Positions 36,858 through 47,016 of a DNA stretch of 64,000 nucleotides are shown here, in pieces. Source of the DNA: an uncultured virus (IMG/VR IMGVR_UViG_3300023174_008090) (taxonomy: Duplodnaviria; Heunggongvirae; Uroviricota; Caudoviricetes); IMG/VR virus record IMGVR_UViG_3300023174_008090, one strand, 5' to 3'. A program made the position numbers and the translations under genes. Positions within the stretch are counted from its first letter, which is position 1; each line of letters starts with the position of its first letter. The notes under the pieces were generated by a model. That model made no database searches. It saw nothing but the letters and a program-made list of their open reading frames with translations, and was not told where the DNA came from.

Positions 36858-39800
36858 TATTTATTCCTTATTACAATCCTGTCAGTAATTGGAAATCCAT
36901 GATATTCATCATCAATGTCAGACAAGTTTTTTCCAACTGACATAAATGTAATGTTTTGAATTTTATTTACATCAATATTTACGGGTTCTGGGTTCACATC
37001 TAAATAAAATGAATTGTCAACAGCATTCCAAGAAGATGACCCTGTTTTTCTCCATTCTAATTTGAGATAGTGTTCATTTTGATAATTATTAAAATGTAAT
37101 TCTAATTTGATAGGTTGAGAACTTCCTGTAGCAACATAAGATGTACTAAATGTTGTTGCAGATGTATTTTTCCAATTACTTATATATGGATTTGAATTAT
37201 CATTTATATAAAAATTAATTCCTCCATTAGTTGAAATTCTGAAATCAAAAGTTGCGCCAATAGATGAAAGAGTTGTAAATTCACCAATTGAAAATCCATT
37301 ATAGTAATATGATTGACCCAAACCAGAAAAATTACTGATATCCACTTTGTGATGAGCTGATGTCAAGTCACTCATAGAATCATTTGTTATTTCTAAATAA
37401 TTCCAAGAGCTTTTTTTGTACCATTGAGTGATCCATGTTGGAGATTTGTCTAGTTTAATATATTTAGTTTGTAATGAACCATCTACAAAATATTTTAAAT
37501 AAACATGAATATCGTTTGCTCTTTTTATATATCTGTTACTATTATCACCAACATAAAAGGAAGTAGCTATTCCTGAAAGATTGTTTGATAATGAAAGTAT
37601 GTATTGATTTTGTGATTTGTCAAACATTAATGATGTAATTGCTGTTCCAGAAGCAATGTTTGTTGAAGTTACACCTAATCCAACTAAAATCATTGGATCA
37701 AAGTTTTCATTTTTGACATACAATAAATTTGAGCTTGCACTACCAGTACCAGCTATACCCACTACTCTAGAAACAAATGATCTAGGATAAATAGACAATA
37801 TTGATGGAGTAAAAACATTTTTGCTATTGACTGACCAATATTCGTCAAGTAAATAATTTGTATTGTTTGATCTAGTATTATTTGGTGTTGGAATTACTAA
37901 ACTACTATTAGTAAAATCTCTATTGAATGCTCCATAAATATCTTCATCTTTTTCATAAAAAATTACAAAAGGTGTTCCAGCTACAAGAGACCAACTATAC
38001 CCATCAAAAGTGGCTATATTATTTGAAGATGGTGTTGTAACTTCTTGTATTTGTAATCTCAAATCATACTTAATAACGTAAAGTTGATCAGAAGCAGTAC
38101 TGGCAGATGAACTAATTGTTAAAACATTAGAACTTCCTATAGAACTAATTTGATACCAACTAGATATTCCAGAATTATTACTTGACCCAAATCCTATGAA
38201 TGAATTTGTTTGATATTTAGTAAAGTCTGCAAAAGTACTGTTGGCAGGATTTAAAGTGCCTGTAACTGTAGTCCCATCAACACTTACAAGACCATTTGTA
38301 AAATTGTCATAATTTGGAGGGTTTGTGTTTGATTCAAAAACAAACCAATAAGTTCTATCTTTAGTCAATGAATAATTTACATAAAAATAAATATCATCAA
38401 AATTATTCTTTATTGTTGAATAATAAACTTTAGAACCAGTAATTAATTTTTGATTTGGTAAGTTATTATAATTGTCCCAAATTGAACATTGTAAATATGC
38501 AGATTTATTTTCAAATAATGCCAAGCTAGCCAATCTTATTCGTAAAGATTTTATATCTTGATAGTCATTTGGAGTTACTTTAAATGCAAACTTTTTGTAA
38601 TTTACACTAACAAAATTTCCTTGAATTCTCTTATTGAGAGACAAAGAATTTGAAACTGAAATTTGTTGCTTGAAAACATTTTCTAATGTATTGATGCTAG
38701 AATCTGATGTTGAATAACCTGCAATCGAAATATAGAATGAATCTGAACGCAAATCATTTATGTTTTGAGCTGTAAATATTTTTTCGGCTTTATTCCCACC
38801 TGTAATCTCTTCAAAATTTGATATCCAATATTTACTAGAGTCTAATGAATAATTAGATACAGTCATTCCAACTTCTTTTATGGCAGAGAATTGATTTGTA
38901 AACTTATTTGAATCTGGAACATAAAATGAATTTGTCAACTCATATTTAGCTACAGATAAATCAATATCTTGTTGAGAAATATTTGGATTAACAGATTTTA
39001 AATTAGATATGTAATCATCTTTTGTTGTTTTTTTACTATCTGTAGGTTCAACAACTTTGGACAAAATAGTTCTACTTTCACCCATTTGCAAATCAGGAAT
39101 TACAGCTGCAGAACCATAAAGTCTATAACTTTCTATAGAATTGAATGTTCCTTGAGCATTATTTGCTTGTTCAGTGTCAGTGCCTTGTCTAAAGTATCCA
39201 GCTATAGAAACTTTATTTTTTTGTCTTCTTTCATATTCCTCATCTGATATGAAGAATTTAGAAGCATTTATATTGATATTTTTAGTGTATTGATTTAAAC
39301 TTGTATCTTCAAACTTTAATGAAAAGGCATAATCTTTTGAAAGTTTATTCCCTGAATTTTCTTGATCTAATAGATCTGGAATGTTAGATATTTCTTGGTA
39401 AAATTCAAACTCGGTATTAACTTCAAATGACAAATCATTAAGATTCATGCCATTTTCATCACTTCTGAAAAAATTTGTTGTTGGAGGTAATGGCATCCAA
39501 GAAACTAAGGCGTTAGAACCATTTTCACTTACAGAAATGTTTTTTGGTTCAGTTTCTAAGGAACTATTTTTGATACCAAACTTTTGATTTTGTATATTGC
39601 CTTTATAATTTTCTTCTAACAATAAATAAGAGTTTGTTACAATTGAAAGAACTTGCCCATAAAGTATAGTTCCATCAGAATTGTAAATATAATCACCTTC
39701 TGTAATTTCATTTAAAAATTTACTATTTGTTCCAACTACTACATTGCTGCCTGATCCTATAGAAATTGTTCCAGTGCCATTTAATGTTTTGTAATTTGAT

Positions 39801-41560
39801 TGTAAATTTGCTAAAATTGGATACTTAAGCAAATTATGAACTAACTTTGTCTTCTTTGCGCTTGAGTTTGAAAAATCAGAATAGTTTGATTGCCCTTTAT
39901 ATTTATAACCAGAAAATGGAACTACAAGTTTTATAGACAAATTGTCAAAAATTGTATTATATTCATTCGATCTAGTGAAAGTTGTAAATGCTAAGACTTC
40001 TTGCAAAACTTCAGATAGCAAATCAACATCCCCAACAGATGAAACTGCAAAATTGTCAGCTGTTCTTTGAATAAATTCTACAGATGCATTATTCAAGTTA
40101 TAGGTAACATTTGAAACAGATTTTATAGTTCCTGATGTTTTAAAAGATGGATACGAAAGAATGATTTTTGCTACTATATCATATTCATCTTCTACATTTG
40201 GGTAATTTTCAAATGTATTCCAATCTACTGGAGCTGCTTCCAAAGGCATAGCTTTTCCATAAAAAATATAAAAGTCTATGTCTCCATTTTGATATTGATT
40301 TCCACTAATTATATTTTTAGAAGCAATGATTATTGGCAAGTACTCAAATGATGAAAGGCTTACAGAATTTGCCAATGAATTTGTGTCTGCGCTTCCACTA
40401 AATGTTTCAGGGAATAAATATCTAAATGGCTCAGTTGTTGTTATATAGTCTCCATCAACATACTGCTGATTTGTTTTATATTTAGAAAATAAATATATAT
40501 TTGTATCATTTACACCTGTTTTGTCAAATGCAATATAATTTTTAATATCTTTTTGTAAATAAGTTTTTCTTGGAAATATATTCCATGTTGATGACAAATT
40601 ACTTGAATTGAAAGTTACAGCTGTTCCAGATGTGTATGTAGGGTATGTAGACAAAAAATTAGTGTCATGAGTGTCCCAATAAAAAGCCAAGTGATACCAA
40701 TAATTTGCTGTCCAAGATGCTGGTGTTTTTACTTTGAATAAGTAATGATCTTTAATTCTGTCTGTAGTTGAACCAGTGGATGAAACTTCAGAAACATTGT
40801 AAGCTAAGTAAGTTAAAGCTAACCCAGCCATTGTTCCTCCAAGAGAAAATGTAGAACCAATCCCTTGAGTTTTAAGATATGTGTGAGAAGCTATTCCTAA
40901 ATCTTTTGGTGTATTTGTTAGTGGATTGATAAATTGTGCACTTTCAAAATAAGATTTTGGAATTATTATATGCGCTTCATTATTAGAAATTGTGCCTGTA
41001 TTTTTAACTGAAATCCATCTAGAAGAATTGAAGAAATTGACTCTTCTATACAAGCTACCATCCCACCTAATAGGGTAGTCATAGTTTGTTCTTTCAGAAC
41101 CATCTGCTGGCTCAGAATTTATATTGTAAATGATGTATGAGGTGTTGGCTGCACCAGCAGAATTATAAGGCGGAATATAATATTGCCAAGCATTGTAATC
41201 CCAAACTCCCCATCCTTCTGGAGACGGTGGATTATAATATTGAGGAGTCCAGTCACCAGTGTTTGCAAAACTAGCAATTTTTTGATCTACTACATATTTG
41301 CCACCTTGAAATCCAAAAGAAATATTTTCATCGGTGTCAAAAGTTTGATATGGTTTACTAGTAGTTCCTAAAGGGGTTTTTCCAGCAAGATCATAATCGT
41401 GGAAAATTGTAGATCCTCTAAACTTAACTGCAATTCTTTCATAATCTAAAAAATATCCACGTTTTAAATAAAGATCACCAACCAAATCTTTGTAAGCGTA
41501 TTTTGCTTTTCCGATTTGATTAATGATAAATTCAAGGCCTTTTTTAGATACGAGACTCAT
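36857..41560 (-). CDS. Large virion protein (1567 aa) with C-terminal PA14-like domain
   Basis: FRISTNGGINFYIND..W..PIKLELHF..LKLEWR (PA14-like); GTGTISIGSGSNVVVGTNSKFL fibre-type module. Confidence 0.55.
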   Translation of the reverse strand: MSLVSKKGLEFIINQIGKAKYAYKDLVGDLYLKRGYFLDYERIAVKFRGSTIFHDYDLAGKTPLGTTSKPYQTFDTDENISFGFQGGKYVVDQKIASFANTGDWTPQYYNPPSPEGWGVWDYNAWQYYIPPYNSAGAANTSYIIYNINSEPADGSERTNYDYPIRWDGSLYRRVNFFNSSRWISVKNTGTISNNEAHIIIPKSYFESAQFINPLTNTPKDLGIASHTYLKTQGIGSTFSLGGTMAGLALTYLAYNVSEVSSTGSTTDRIKDHYLFKVKTPASWTANYWYHLAFYWDTHDTNFLSTYPTYTSGTAVTFNSSNLSSTWNIFPRKTYLQKDIKNYIAFDKTGVNDTNIYLFSKYKTNQQYVDGDYITTTEPFRYLFPETFSGSADTNSLANSVSLSSFEYLPIIIASKNIISGNQYQNGDIDFYIFYGKAMPLEAAPVDWNTFENYPNVEDEYDIVAKIILSYPSFKTSGTIKSVSNVTYNLNNASVEFIQRTADNFAVSSVGDVDLLSEVLQEVLAFTTFTRSNEYNTIFDNLSIKLVVPFSGYKYKGQSNYSDFSNSSAKKTKLVHNLLKYPILANLQSNYKTLNGTGTISIGSGSNVVVGTNSKFLNEITEGDYIYNSDGTILYGQVLSIVTNSYLLLEENYKGNIQNQKFGIKNSSLETEPKNISVSENGSNALVSWMPLPPTTNFFRSDENGMNLNDLSFEVNTEFEFYQEISNIPDLLDQENSGNKLSKDYAFSLKFEDTSLNQYTKNININASKFFISDEEYERRQKNKVSIAGYFRQGTDTEQANNAQGTFNSIESYRLYGSAAVIPDLQMGESRTILSKVVEPTDSKKTTKDDYISNLKSVNPNISQQDIDLSVAKYELTNSFYVPDSNKFTNQFSAIKEVGMTVSNYSLDSSKYWISNFEEITGGNKAEKIFTAQNINDLRSDSFYISIAGYSTSDSSINTLENVFKQQISVSNSLSLNKRIQGNFVSVNYKKFAFKVTPNDYQDIKSLRIRLASLALFENKSAYLQCSIWDNYNNLPNQKLITGSKVYYSTIKNNFDDIYFYVNYSLTKDRTYWFVFESNTNPPNYDNFTNGLVSVDGTTVTGTLNPANSTFADFTKYQTNSFIGFGSSNNSGISSWYQISSIGSSNVLTISSSASTASDQLYVIKYDLRLQIQEVTTPSSNNIATFDGYSWSLVAGTPFVIFYEKDEDIYGAFNRDFTNSSLVIPTPNNTRSNNTNYLLDEYWSVNSKNVFTPSILSIYPRSFVSRVVGIAGTGSASSNLLYVKNENFDPMILVGLGVTSTNIASGTAITSLMFDKSQNQYILSLSNNLSGIATSFYVGDNSNRYIKRANDIHVYLKYFVDGSLQTKYIKLDKSPTWITQWYKKSSWNYLEITNDSMSDLTSAHHKVDISNFSGLGQSYYYNGFSIGEFTTLSSIGATFDFRISTNGGINFYINDNSNPYISNWKNTSATTFSTSYVATGSSQPIKLELHFNNYQNEHYLKLEWRKTGSSSWNAVDNSFYLDVNPEPVNIDVNKIQNITFMSVGKNLSDIDDEYHGFPITDRIVIRNK

Positions 41561-41562
41561 TG

Positions 41563-42339
41563 TTAATATGCAGTTGTTGGTACATTATCTGGACCAAAAT
41601 AAATTTGTCTGACTAATTCCTTAGCAGTTACAGTAATAGTTCCACTTCTAAAAAGTTGTTTTCCGGTGGCATCATCTGAAGATTTATTGTCATTACACAA
41701 CACATCATAAAGCATTCTTACAGGCTCAACATTGTCAGCTTGCATTCTTAGAATATTATTTCTTGCTTTTGTTGAAAGATTCGTCACAGAAGTTCCAACC
41801 CCTACATCGTTATACATTCTGATAAAAGCTTCAGCTGATTTTCCAGAATCTGGCAAAGCTGGAGGAGCTAAAGAAGATGGGTGTGTGTCTGACCAAAGTG
41901 TATTAAATTCATTTGTCACAGAAGTTACATAAGAACTAAGTACATCATTGTGATCAGCTGTGAAGTGGGCTGGTGAAAGAGTAAACTTTTCGCAAATGGG
42001 ACAGATATCTACAACCCAAATTCTTCTGTGCTTCCTCAATATAGATAAAATAATTCTTGTAGCTTCTTGTGTAACTCTTTCTGTTGTTTCTATATTGTCT
42101 GCACCAACATTAACTTCAATACTTACACTATGCTCAAATTCTTGCAAACCAAAAGAAATGTCTTTTAATGGAGAACTAGCACCTTTCAAAGCAATCGAAA
42201 TTGCATTAGGTTTGACACCTGCTTCTCCGATATAGAATCCAGAAACAGGTCTATCAAAAATTACTGCTTCACCTTTGGCATTTTTTGGTAATTCATAAAA
42301 TAAAATGCCTCTTAAGGTATCATAAACTCGTTCAAGCAT
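41563..42339 (-). CDS. Putative tail terminator/completion protein with Zn-finger-like insertion
   Basis: Follows the gp36-like adaptor; contains CPIC-x8-H-x4-H. Confidence 0.4.
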   Translation of the reverse strand: MLERVYDTLRGILFYELPKNAKGEAVIFDRPVSGFYIGEAGVKPNAISIALKGASSPLKDISFGLQEFEHSVSIEVNVGADNIETTERVTQEATRIILSILRKHRRIWVVDICPICEKFTLSPAHFTADHNDVLSSYVTSVTNEFNTLWSDTHPSSLAPPALPDSGKSAEAFIRMYNDVGVGTSVTNLSTKARNNILRMQADNVEPVRMLYDVLCNDNKSSDDATGKQLFRSGTITVTAKELVRQIYFGPDNVPTTAY

Positions 42340-42348
42340 TTATTTCAC

Positions 42349-42843
42349 CTATTGACTTTGGCCTTTTGAACGCTTGCCTTCTGTAGGGTTATTTACAACT
42401 CCTCTTAAGGTAGATCTAACAAATCTATCCCCACGAGTATTTCTTTGACCAAATAGTCTAATTTCACCATTTTGAATTCTAACAATTTCATTTTGAGCAA
42501 AGTCGAATCTGACTTTTTGTGCTTCAGAATATTGTGGATCTGCTCCTTGAAGTGCTTGCATATAGTACATTTGAGCAGCAAGAATAGCACAAATAACAGG
42601 AACAGGATGGGGATAAGCAACATCACCGCCAATATTTACTTGCTTCAATGGAACATCATACATTGTGGCAAGATTAGCATCAATTTCTGCTGATGCTTGT
42701 TGAATGAAAAAATCTAAATTAATATTTGATGCTGATTCTGGAGTAGGATTCCTGAAGTTTGGAATTGGATTGTCACCCTCAGTTACAACATTGGGTGGAA
42801 GATATTGCTTAACATCATTTGTTGTGCAGTAAGAACGTGGCAT
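42349..42843 (-). CDS. Head-tail adaptor, Mu gp36/DUF1320-like
   Basis: YCTTNDVKQYL..IQQASAEIDANL..YDVPL..ICAILAA..AQ..I..IQNGEI.L. Confidence 0.7.
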   Translation of the reverse strand: MPRSYCTTNDVKQYLPPNVVTEGDNPIPNFRNPTPESASNINLDFFIQQASAEIDANLATMYDVPLKQVNIGGDVAYPHPVPVICAILAAQMYYMQALQGADPQYSEAQKVRFDFAQNEIVRIQNGEIRLFGQRNTRGDRFVRSTLRGVVNNPTEGKRSKGQSQ

Positions 42844-43523
42844 TATACTACTCCTGTTTGTGGTTTTAAATATTTAGGTGTATAGTCAACACCTTCATCA
42901 CCTTGTACTAATCCCATTTCTTGTGCTGTTTTTCTTTGCATCAAGGTAAAAACATTAGAATTTTCTAGATCATTTGCTGAAGTTGCGCCCGAGTTTACAA
43001 ATCTTGGAAAGTCAATATCAATATCTCTATAACCACCTGATTTGGCATTGAAAATTTCAACACCATCAGGAGCATATTTACTTCCTTGAAGTCTGTTTAA
43101 TGTTTGACCTAATTTTGAGTTTACATTTGTGGCTAAGACAAAACCATTATTTTCATGAACAAATCCACAAGCTTTGTCTATAGAAAAATTTTTTGGTACT
43201 GGTTTGCTCAAATTGTAAATATATAATTCTTCTTTGCCAGTACAGATATAAGTTTGTCCAGGAACAACAACAATATCCATTTGTTGTTGAAGCGCCATTT
43301 GTTTTGCTCTTAATCCAACCATTGGAGTATCAGGAGACAAAATTCCAATTACATCCAGTCCATTAATGATTGCAGATGTAAGAATTGACTTTATTGTTGA
43401 ATTTAAGTAATCTTCGTTAGAGAATGCTTCTTCTTTGTCAATAAATACGCACAAATCAACTCTTAAGACATTTTTTCTAAGGGCTGTGCATTCTTTTGCT
43501 ATGTGATACCAAGAGCGTTCCAT
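42843..43523 (-). CDS. Degenerate PHP-fold protein (metal ligands apparently lost)
   Basis: RVDL..AI..GLDVIGI..VVPGQ..HENNGFVLA..DGVEIFNA..NSGA skeleton without the His/Asp ligands. Confidence 0.55.
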   Translation of the reverse strand: MERSWYHIAKECTALRKNVLRVDLCVFIDKEEAFSNEDYLNSTIKSILTSAIINGLDVIGILSPDTPMVGLRAKQMALQQQMDIVVVPGQTYICTGKEELYIYNLSKPVPKNFSIDKACGFVHENNGFVLATNVNSKLGQTLNRLQGSKYAPDGVEIFNAKSGGYRDIDIDFPRFVNSGATSANDLENSNVFTLMQRKTAQEMGLVQGDEGVDYTPKYLKPQTGVV

Positions 43524-43534
43524 AATAAAGAAAA

Positions 43535-43559
43535 TACTAGGTATCCAGCTTGTTTACCT
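43535..43559 (-). promoter_or_regulatory. Candidate late promoter AGGT-N16-TAGTA heading the neck/tail operon
   Basis: AGG 43559-43557, 17-nt spacer, TAGTA 43539-43535, then 11 nt to ATG 43523. Confidence 0.4.
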
Positions 43560-44094
43560 ATCTTTTGTTCCCACAGTCAGGACAGAACTTTTCCATTGCA
43601 AGGAACTTAAAGCCACATTCCACACAAAATTTTGCAAGTTGAGCAGTACCGCATTTCAGACAAAATTTAGCATCAAGTGGCAAAGCATATAAACATTCAG
43701 AATTGGAGCAGTCTTTATATTGTTTTTCAGATTGCTTACGTACTGTGGTTCCATCCATTTCATCAAGTTCTGAAATCAAATCTGCTATATTGACTGAATT
43801 TGGGGTAATTGAGGTTTGGTGCTGTGATTCTTCTTCCACTTCAGGCTCATTTGGCTTCAAAATAGGCTGTTTTTCTGCCCATTTTTGAAATTCTGGGCTA
43901 TCAAAAAGACTTTGCTTTGGTTCTGCACTAACATCCCCAAATTCATTGATTTTCAGGTCAATTTCACGATCAGGCAATTCCATCTCATCCCCAAGCACTG
44001 TATGTCCAAATTTATTTACTTTTGGCTTGGGGAGATCTTCACGATGGGGGTTAGTGAAAGAGTGTCTTAAGGCTTTGATCTGATCGTCGTTCAT
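43558..44094 (-). CDS. Double zinc ribbon (DZR) protein
   Basis: C-terminal CSNSEC..FCLKCG..FCVECG..FCPDCG; ATG 6 nt after TAAAAT. Confidence 0.75.
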   Translation of the reverse strand: MNDDQIKALRHSFTNPHREDLPKPKVNKFGHTVLGDEMELPDREIDLKINEFGDVSAEPKQSLFDSPEFQKWAEKQPILKPNEPEVEEESQHQTSITPNSVNIADLISELDEMDGTTVRKQSEKQYKDCSNSECLYALPLDAKFCLKCGTAQLAKFCVECGFKFLAMEKFCPDCGNKR

Positions 44095-44110
44095 AAACTA
44101 ATTTTACAGT

Positions 44111-44527
44111 TTATTGCTTCTTTTTGTCGTCTCTTCTTTCGTATTTGAAGCTGACAACCTCAAAAGAATTAGCTTCTGGCTCATCACCACTAGCATATTC
44201 CTTGGCTGTGTCTGAATGATTTTCAATTGCTTGTAAAATCTTGCTCATTAATTGGGTATCTGGAATTGGTCCATTGTGCTTTGCCTTGATTTCTACTGCA
44301 AAACTATGTACAGTCCCATCATCATCAATAACACTAACGCTTGGTTGCGGTTTGGCAAAGGATTCGATTTTAGGATGCATTCCGGTATCAATTGTCGAAT
44401 CTTCTCTTTCCATTGGCTCATTGCTTCCCATGTCAAAAACAGCATCGTTGATTCTGCTTCCTAATTCTGGGTTGACTTGTGCTACCCTAGTCTTTATGTC
44501 GTCCAAAACTCTAATCACTCTGTTCAT
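44111..44527 (-). CDS. Hypothetical protein (138 aa)
   Basis: ATG 44527 preceded by TAAGGA; contains TRVAQ. Confidence 0.55.
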   Translation of the reverse strand: MNRVIRVLDDIKTRVAQVNPELGSRINDAVFDMGSNEPMEREDSTIDTGMHPKIESFAKPQPSVSVIDDDGTVHSFAVEIKAKHNGPIPDTQLMSKILQAIENHSDTAKEYASGDEPEANSFEVVSFKYERRDDKKKQ

Positions 44528-44680
44528 TTTTTCATCCTTATAGTTTTCTCTTTTTTTACACCCATTAATAATGGGAATTAACATTTAATATTAAAATGTA
44601 TATTAATGATATTGTTAAAAAGAAAATTGTTAATTTAAAAATTTAAATTAAATTGTTGCCTTATTAAGCAACAGAACAAT

Positions 44681-45790
44681 TTACCCTCCAGTACCAATAT
44701 TCCAGATATATCTGAAAAATCTACTTCTTCCTCCAGGCATATTAAATTCTGGTACAACAACAGATCTAATTCCAGGATATGTAGCAATAGGTAATTTTTC
44801 CAACATCTTTTCAAATTCTTCTTTGTACATTGTAGCTGATTGTCTCAAATCATCAGTCACTCTTGCATCAGGATCCTCAATAAGTAATCTTCTTTGCCTG
44901 TTTGTAAGACTTGTCAACAAACTTCTTAGGATGTAATATGCTGCACCGTAAACCAAAGCTGGATCATAGTAGTAAGGAGCTACTGCAACATTTTGATATT
45001 TTCTTGCACCTGGTTGTGAATTTATAGTTTGTAATGCCATGTACAAGCTAGAATTCATATGATCATTTGTAATCATTTTGATGCTGTATGACACTAAAAC
45101 ATTGTCATAGCTATGAATGTTTACAGGATCTCCATTTGTGTCAATAAAATAGATATTTCCCATGAAATCATATTTTACCAGCAACCCATTTGGATAGTTG
45201 TGTCCATCGGTATATGTTGATTCATAACCATCTCTGTTTTTGATTATTGGATCATATGTTGTATTGATTGTGGAATAAATTGGTGTAGTTTCTGAAAGTT
45301 GAATTAATGGGTCTCTATCTCCTTGATTTGAAGGGCCTGAAATTCTTACTTCTGGCTTTGGTATAGAATTCCAAAATGGAAATGCTACAGACCCAACACT
45401 TCTATTTCTTCTGAAAATTACTTCTTCGTCATAAATAGGAATGTTCAAAAGATGCTCTAATTCATACCTTAAACTACTTTTTACGAGTAATTCATCTCCT
45501 AGCATTGGTGATGAAGTATTAAGCACATTTCCGCTTGAATCTATTTCTTGAATTCTGTAGTAATCTGAAGGAGAACCATTTGTATCAACACCTTCATTTG
45601 CAGGAAAAGCAACAGTAGCGATAGTTGTGTATGTGCCTTCAAAATTTGAACTTTTTTGAATTTTATAAAAGGCAACATTTTGTGCTCCAGATCTTTCCCA
45701 TTCAATAAAGATTCCTGGATATGATGGTTGAGTGTTGTAGTAAATTAAAGTACTGTTATTAAAAGATTGAGCCGAAAAATCGTTTGCCAT
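44681..45790 (-). CDS. Neck/head-completion protein with N-terminal Ig/FN3-like domain
   Basis: ATG 45790 after GGGAG; IEWE..FYKIQKS..YYRI; C-terminal ALQTINSQP..LVYGAAYY helical adaptor-like part. Confidence 0.5.
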   Translation of the reverse strand: MANDFSAQSFNNSTLIYYNTQPSYPGIFIEWERSGAQNVAFYKIQKSSNFEGTYTTIATVAFPANEGVDTNGSPSDYYRIQEIDSSGNVLNTSSPMLGDELLVKSSLRYELEHLLNIPIYDEEVIFRRNRSVGSVAFPFWNSIPKPEVRISGPSNQGDRDPLIQLSETTPIYSTINTTYDPIIKNRDGYESTYTDGHNYPNGLLVKYDFMGNIYFIDTNGDPVNIHSYDNVLVSYSIKMITNDHMNSSLYMALQTINSQPGARKYQNVAVAPYYYDPALVYGAAYYILRSLLTSLTNRQRRLLIEDPDARVTDDLRQSATMYKEEFEKMLEKLPIATYPGIRSVVVPEFNMPGGRSRFFRYIWNIGTGG

Positions 45791-45800
45791 ATTTTCTCCC

Positions 45801-45838
45801 AAAAAAAATAAAGGCCACCCGACTGGATAGCCTTTATT
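45801..45838 (-). terminator. Intrinsic terminator (minus strand)
   Basis: Minus strand ATAAAGGCTATCC-agtc-GGGTGGCCTTTAT + T tract; the two G:U pairs form only in this orientation. Confidence 0.7.
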
Positions 45839-45856
45839 CAGTCTAGATTAAACTTT

Positions 45857-46639
45857 CTAAACTCTTCTGATTGAGCCCTCTTCTCCTTCGCCCATATCTG
45901 CTTCTAAATCGATAGCATCTGCAATTGCATCATAGCCATCATCACCAGTATCGTTGTAGTCAAAGTCTGCTCCTGCCACTCTTCTATCACGATTATAATT
46001 GGTCATCTCTACTTCACGGACACTTGATCCTCTAATTGCATCATTTGGTGGTTCTGCTACAAAAGCTCTGCCTCTTGTTTCCACTCCTGATACAGAACTA
46101 TTTGCATCAAGATTTTTTTGTTGAGCTAGGAGTTGATTGATAATGCCTGGGTTCTTTTGCACTCTTTCAGCAAATTGTTCTACAGATAGATCTTCGCCTT
46201 GTAATTCAGCTTGTGTTTGTGCAATATCTAAAGCCATTGCATAGGAAAGAGAATCATTGGCATAACCAGCAGTAGTTACATCATTTTTGCTCTTGTAAGC
46301 CTTTTCTGCATCAATACTTTCTGCTTCAATTGTCTTGCCATCAACATCTACTGTTCGTAAATTATTATTGCTTTGCTGCTTCAGTAATTCTTTCTTGCCT
46401 TTGATTGCTGCTTTTTCTTCAATAGAATCAAATTGCTCAGGAGATATTTTTCTCAATAATCCTAGTCGTAATGAATTTCTTAGGTCTTTAGAAGCCTTTA
46501 CAACCTTAGGATCTTCCCAAGTAAGATCGATTGCTTGTAGCGGACCAAAGTTTAATCTGATATCACTTACATAATGTGGGCCAAGAGTAACATTCTGCAC
46601 GATAAATGATTCTGGCTCTTGATTTACACTTTCATTCAT
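45857..46639 (-). CDS. Hypothetical protein (260 aa)
   Basis: SD AAGGA; acidic C-terminus. Confidence 0.6.
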   Translation of the reverse strand: MNESVNQEPESFIVQNVTLGPHYVSDIRLNFGPLQAIDLTWEDPKVVKASKDLRNSLRLGLLRKISPEQFDSIEEKAAIKGKKELLKQQSNNNLRTVDVDGKTIEAESIDAEKAYKSKNDVTTAGYANDSLSYAMALDIAQTQAELQGEDLSVEQFAERVQKNPGIINQLLAQQKNLDANSSVSGVETRGRAFVAEPPNDAIRGSSVREVEMTNYNRDRRVAGADFDYNDTGDDGYDAIADAIDLEADMGEGEEGSIRRV

Positions 46640-46642
46640 ATT

Positions 46643-46987
46643 TTAATCCTTTTTATTCACAGGTAAAGATGTTATACCGTCCAATCCTTCTTTTCCGGTC
46701 CAATACTCATTTGATTTAGCTTCTCTAGAATTTGGATCATAAGAATTTTTTCTTACATTTTTTTGGTCTTTCACAAATTCTGACATTTGCTTACGTTTAG
46801 TAGTTGTGCCAAATTGTTTTTCTTTTGCTGTGAGACCTTCTTGAACATTAAAGCTATTGAAAACTCTTTTTGCTTCTCCTTTGCCACATGGACAAGGAAT
46901 TACAGATTGATATTCACTAAAAGAAATGGACAATGTGAATGTTTTAGGTTCAGTCGAGCATTCACATAGGTATTCGTATCTAGGCAT
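46643..46987 (-). CDS. FmdB-like zinc-ribbon protein
   Basis: MPRYEYLCEC..F..CPCG..AKRVF. Confidence 0.7.
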   Translation of the reverse strand: MPRYEYLCECSTEPKTFTLSISFSEYQSVIPCPCGKGEAKRVFNSFNVQEGLTAKEKQFGTTTKRKQMSEFVKDQKNVRKNSYDPNSREAKSNEYWTGKEGLDGITSLPVNKKD

Positions 46988-47016
46988 AATTGTATTTGAG
47001 GTTCAGAGAGATATAC

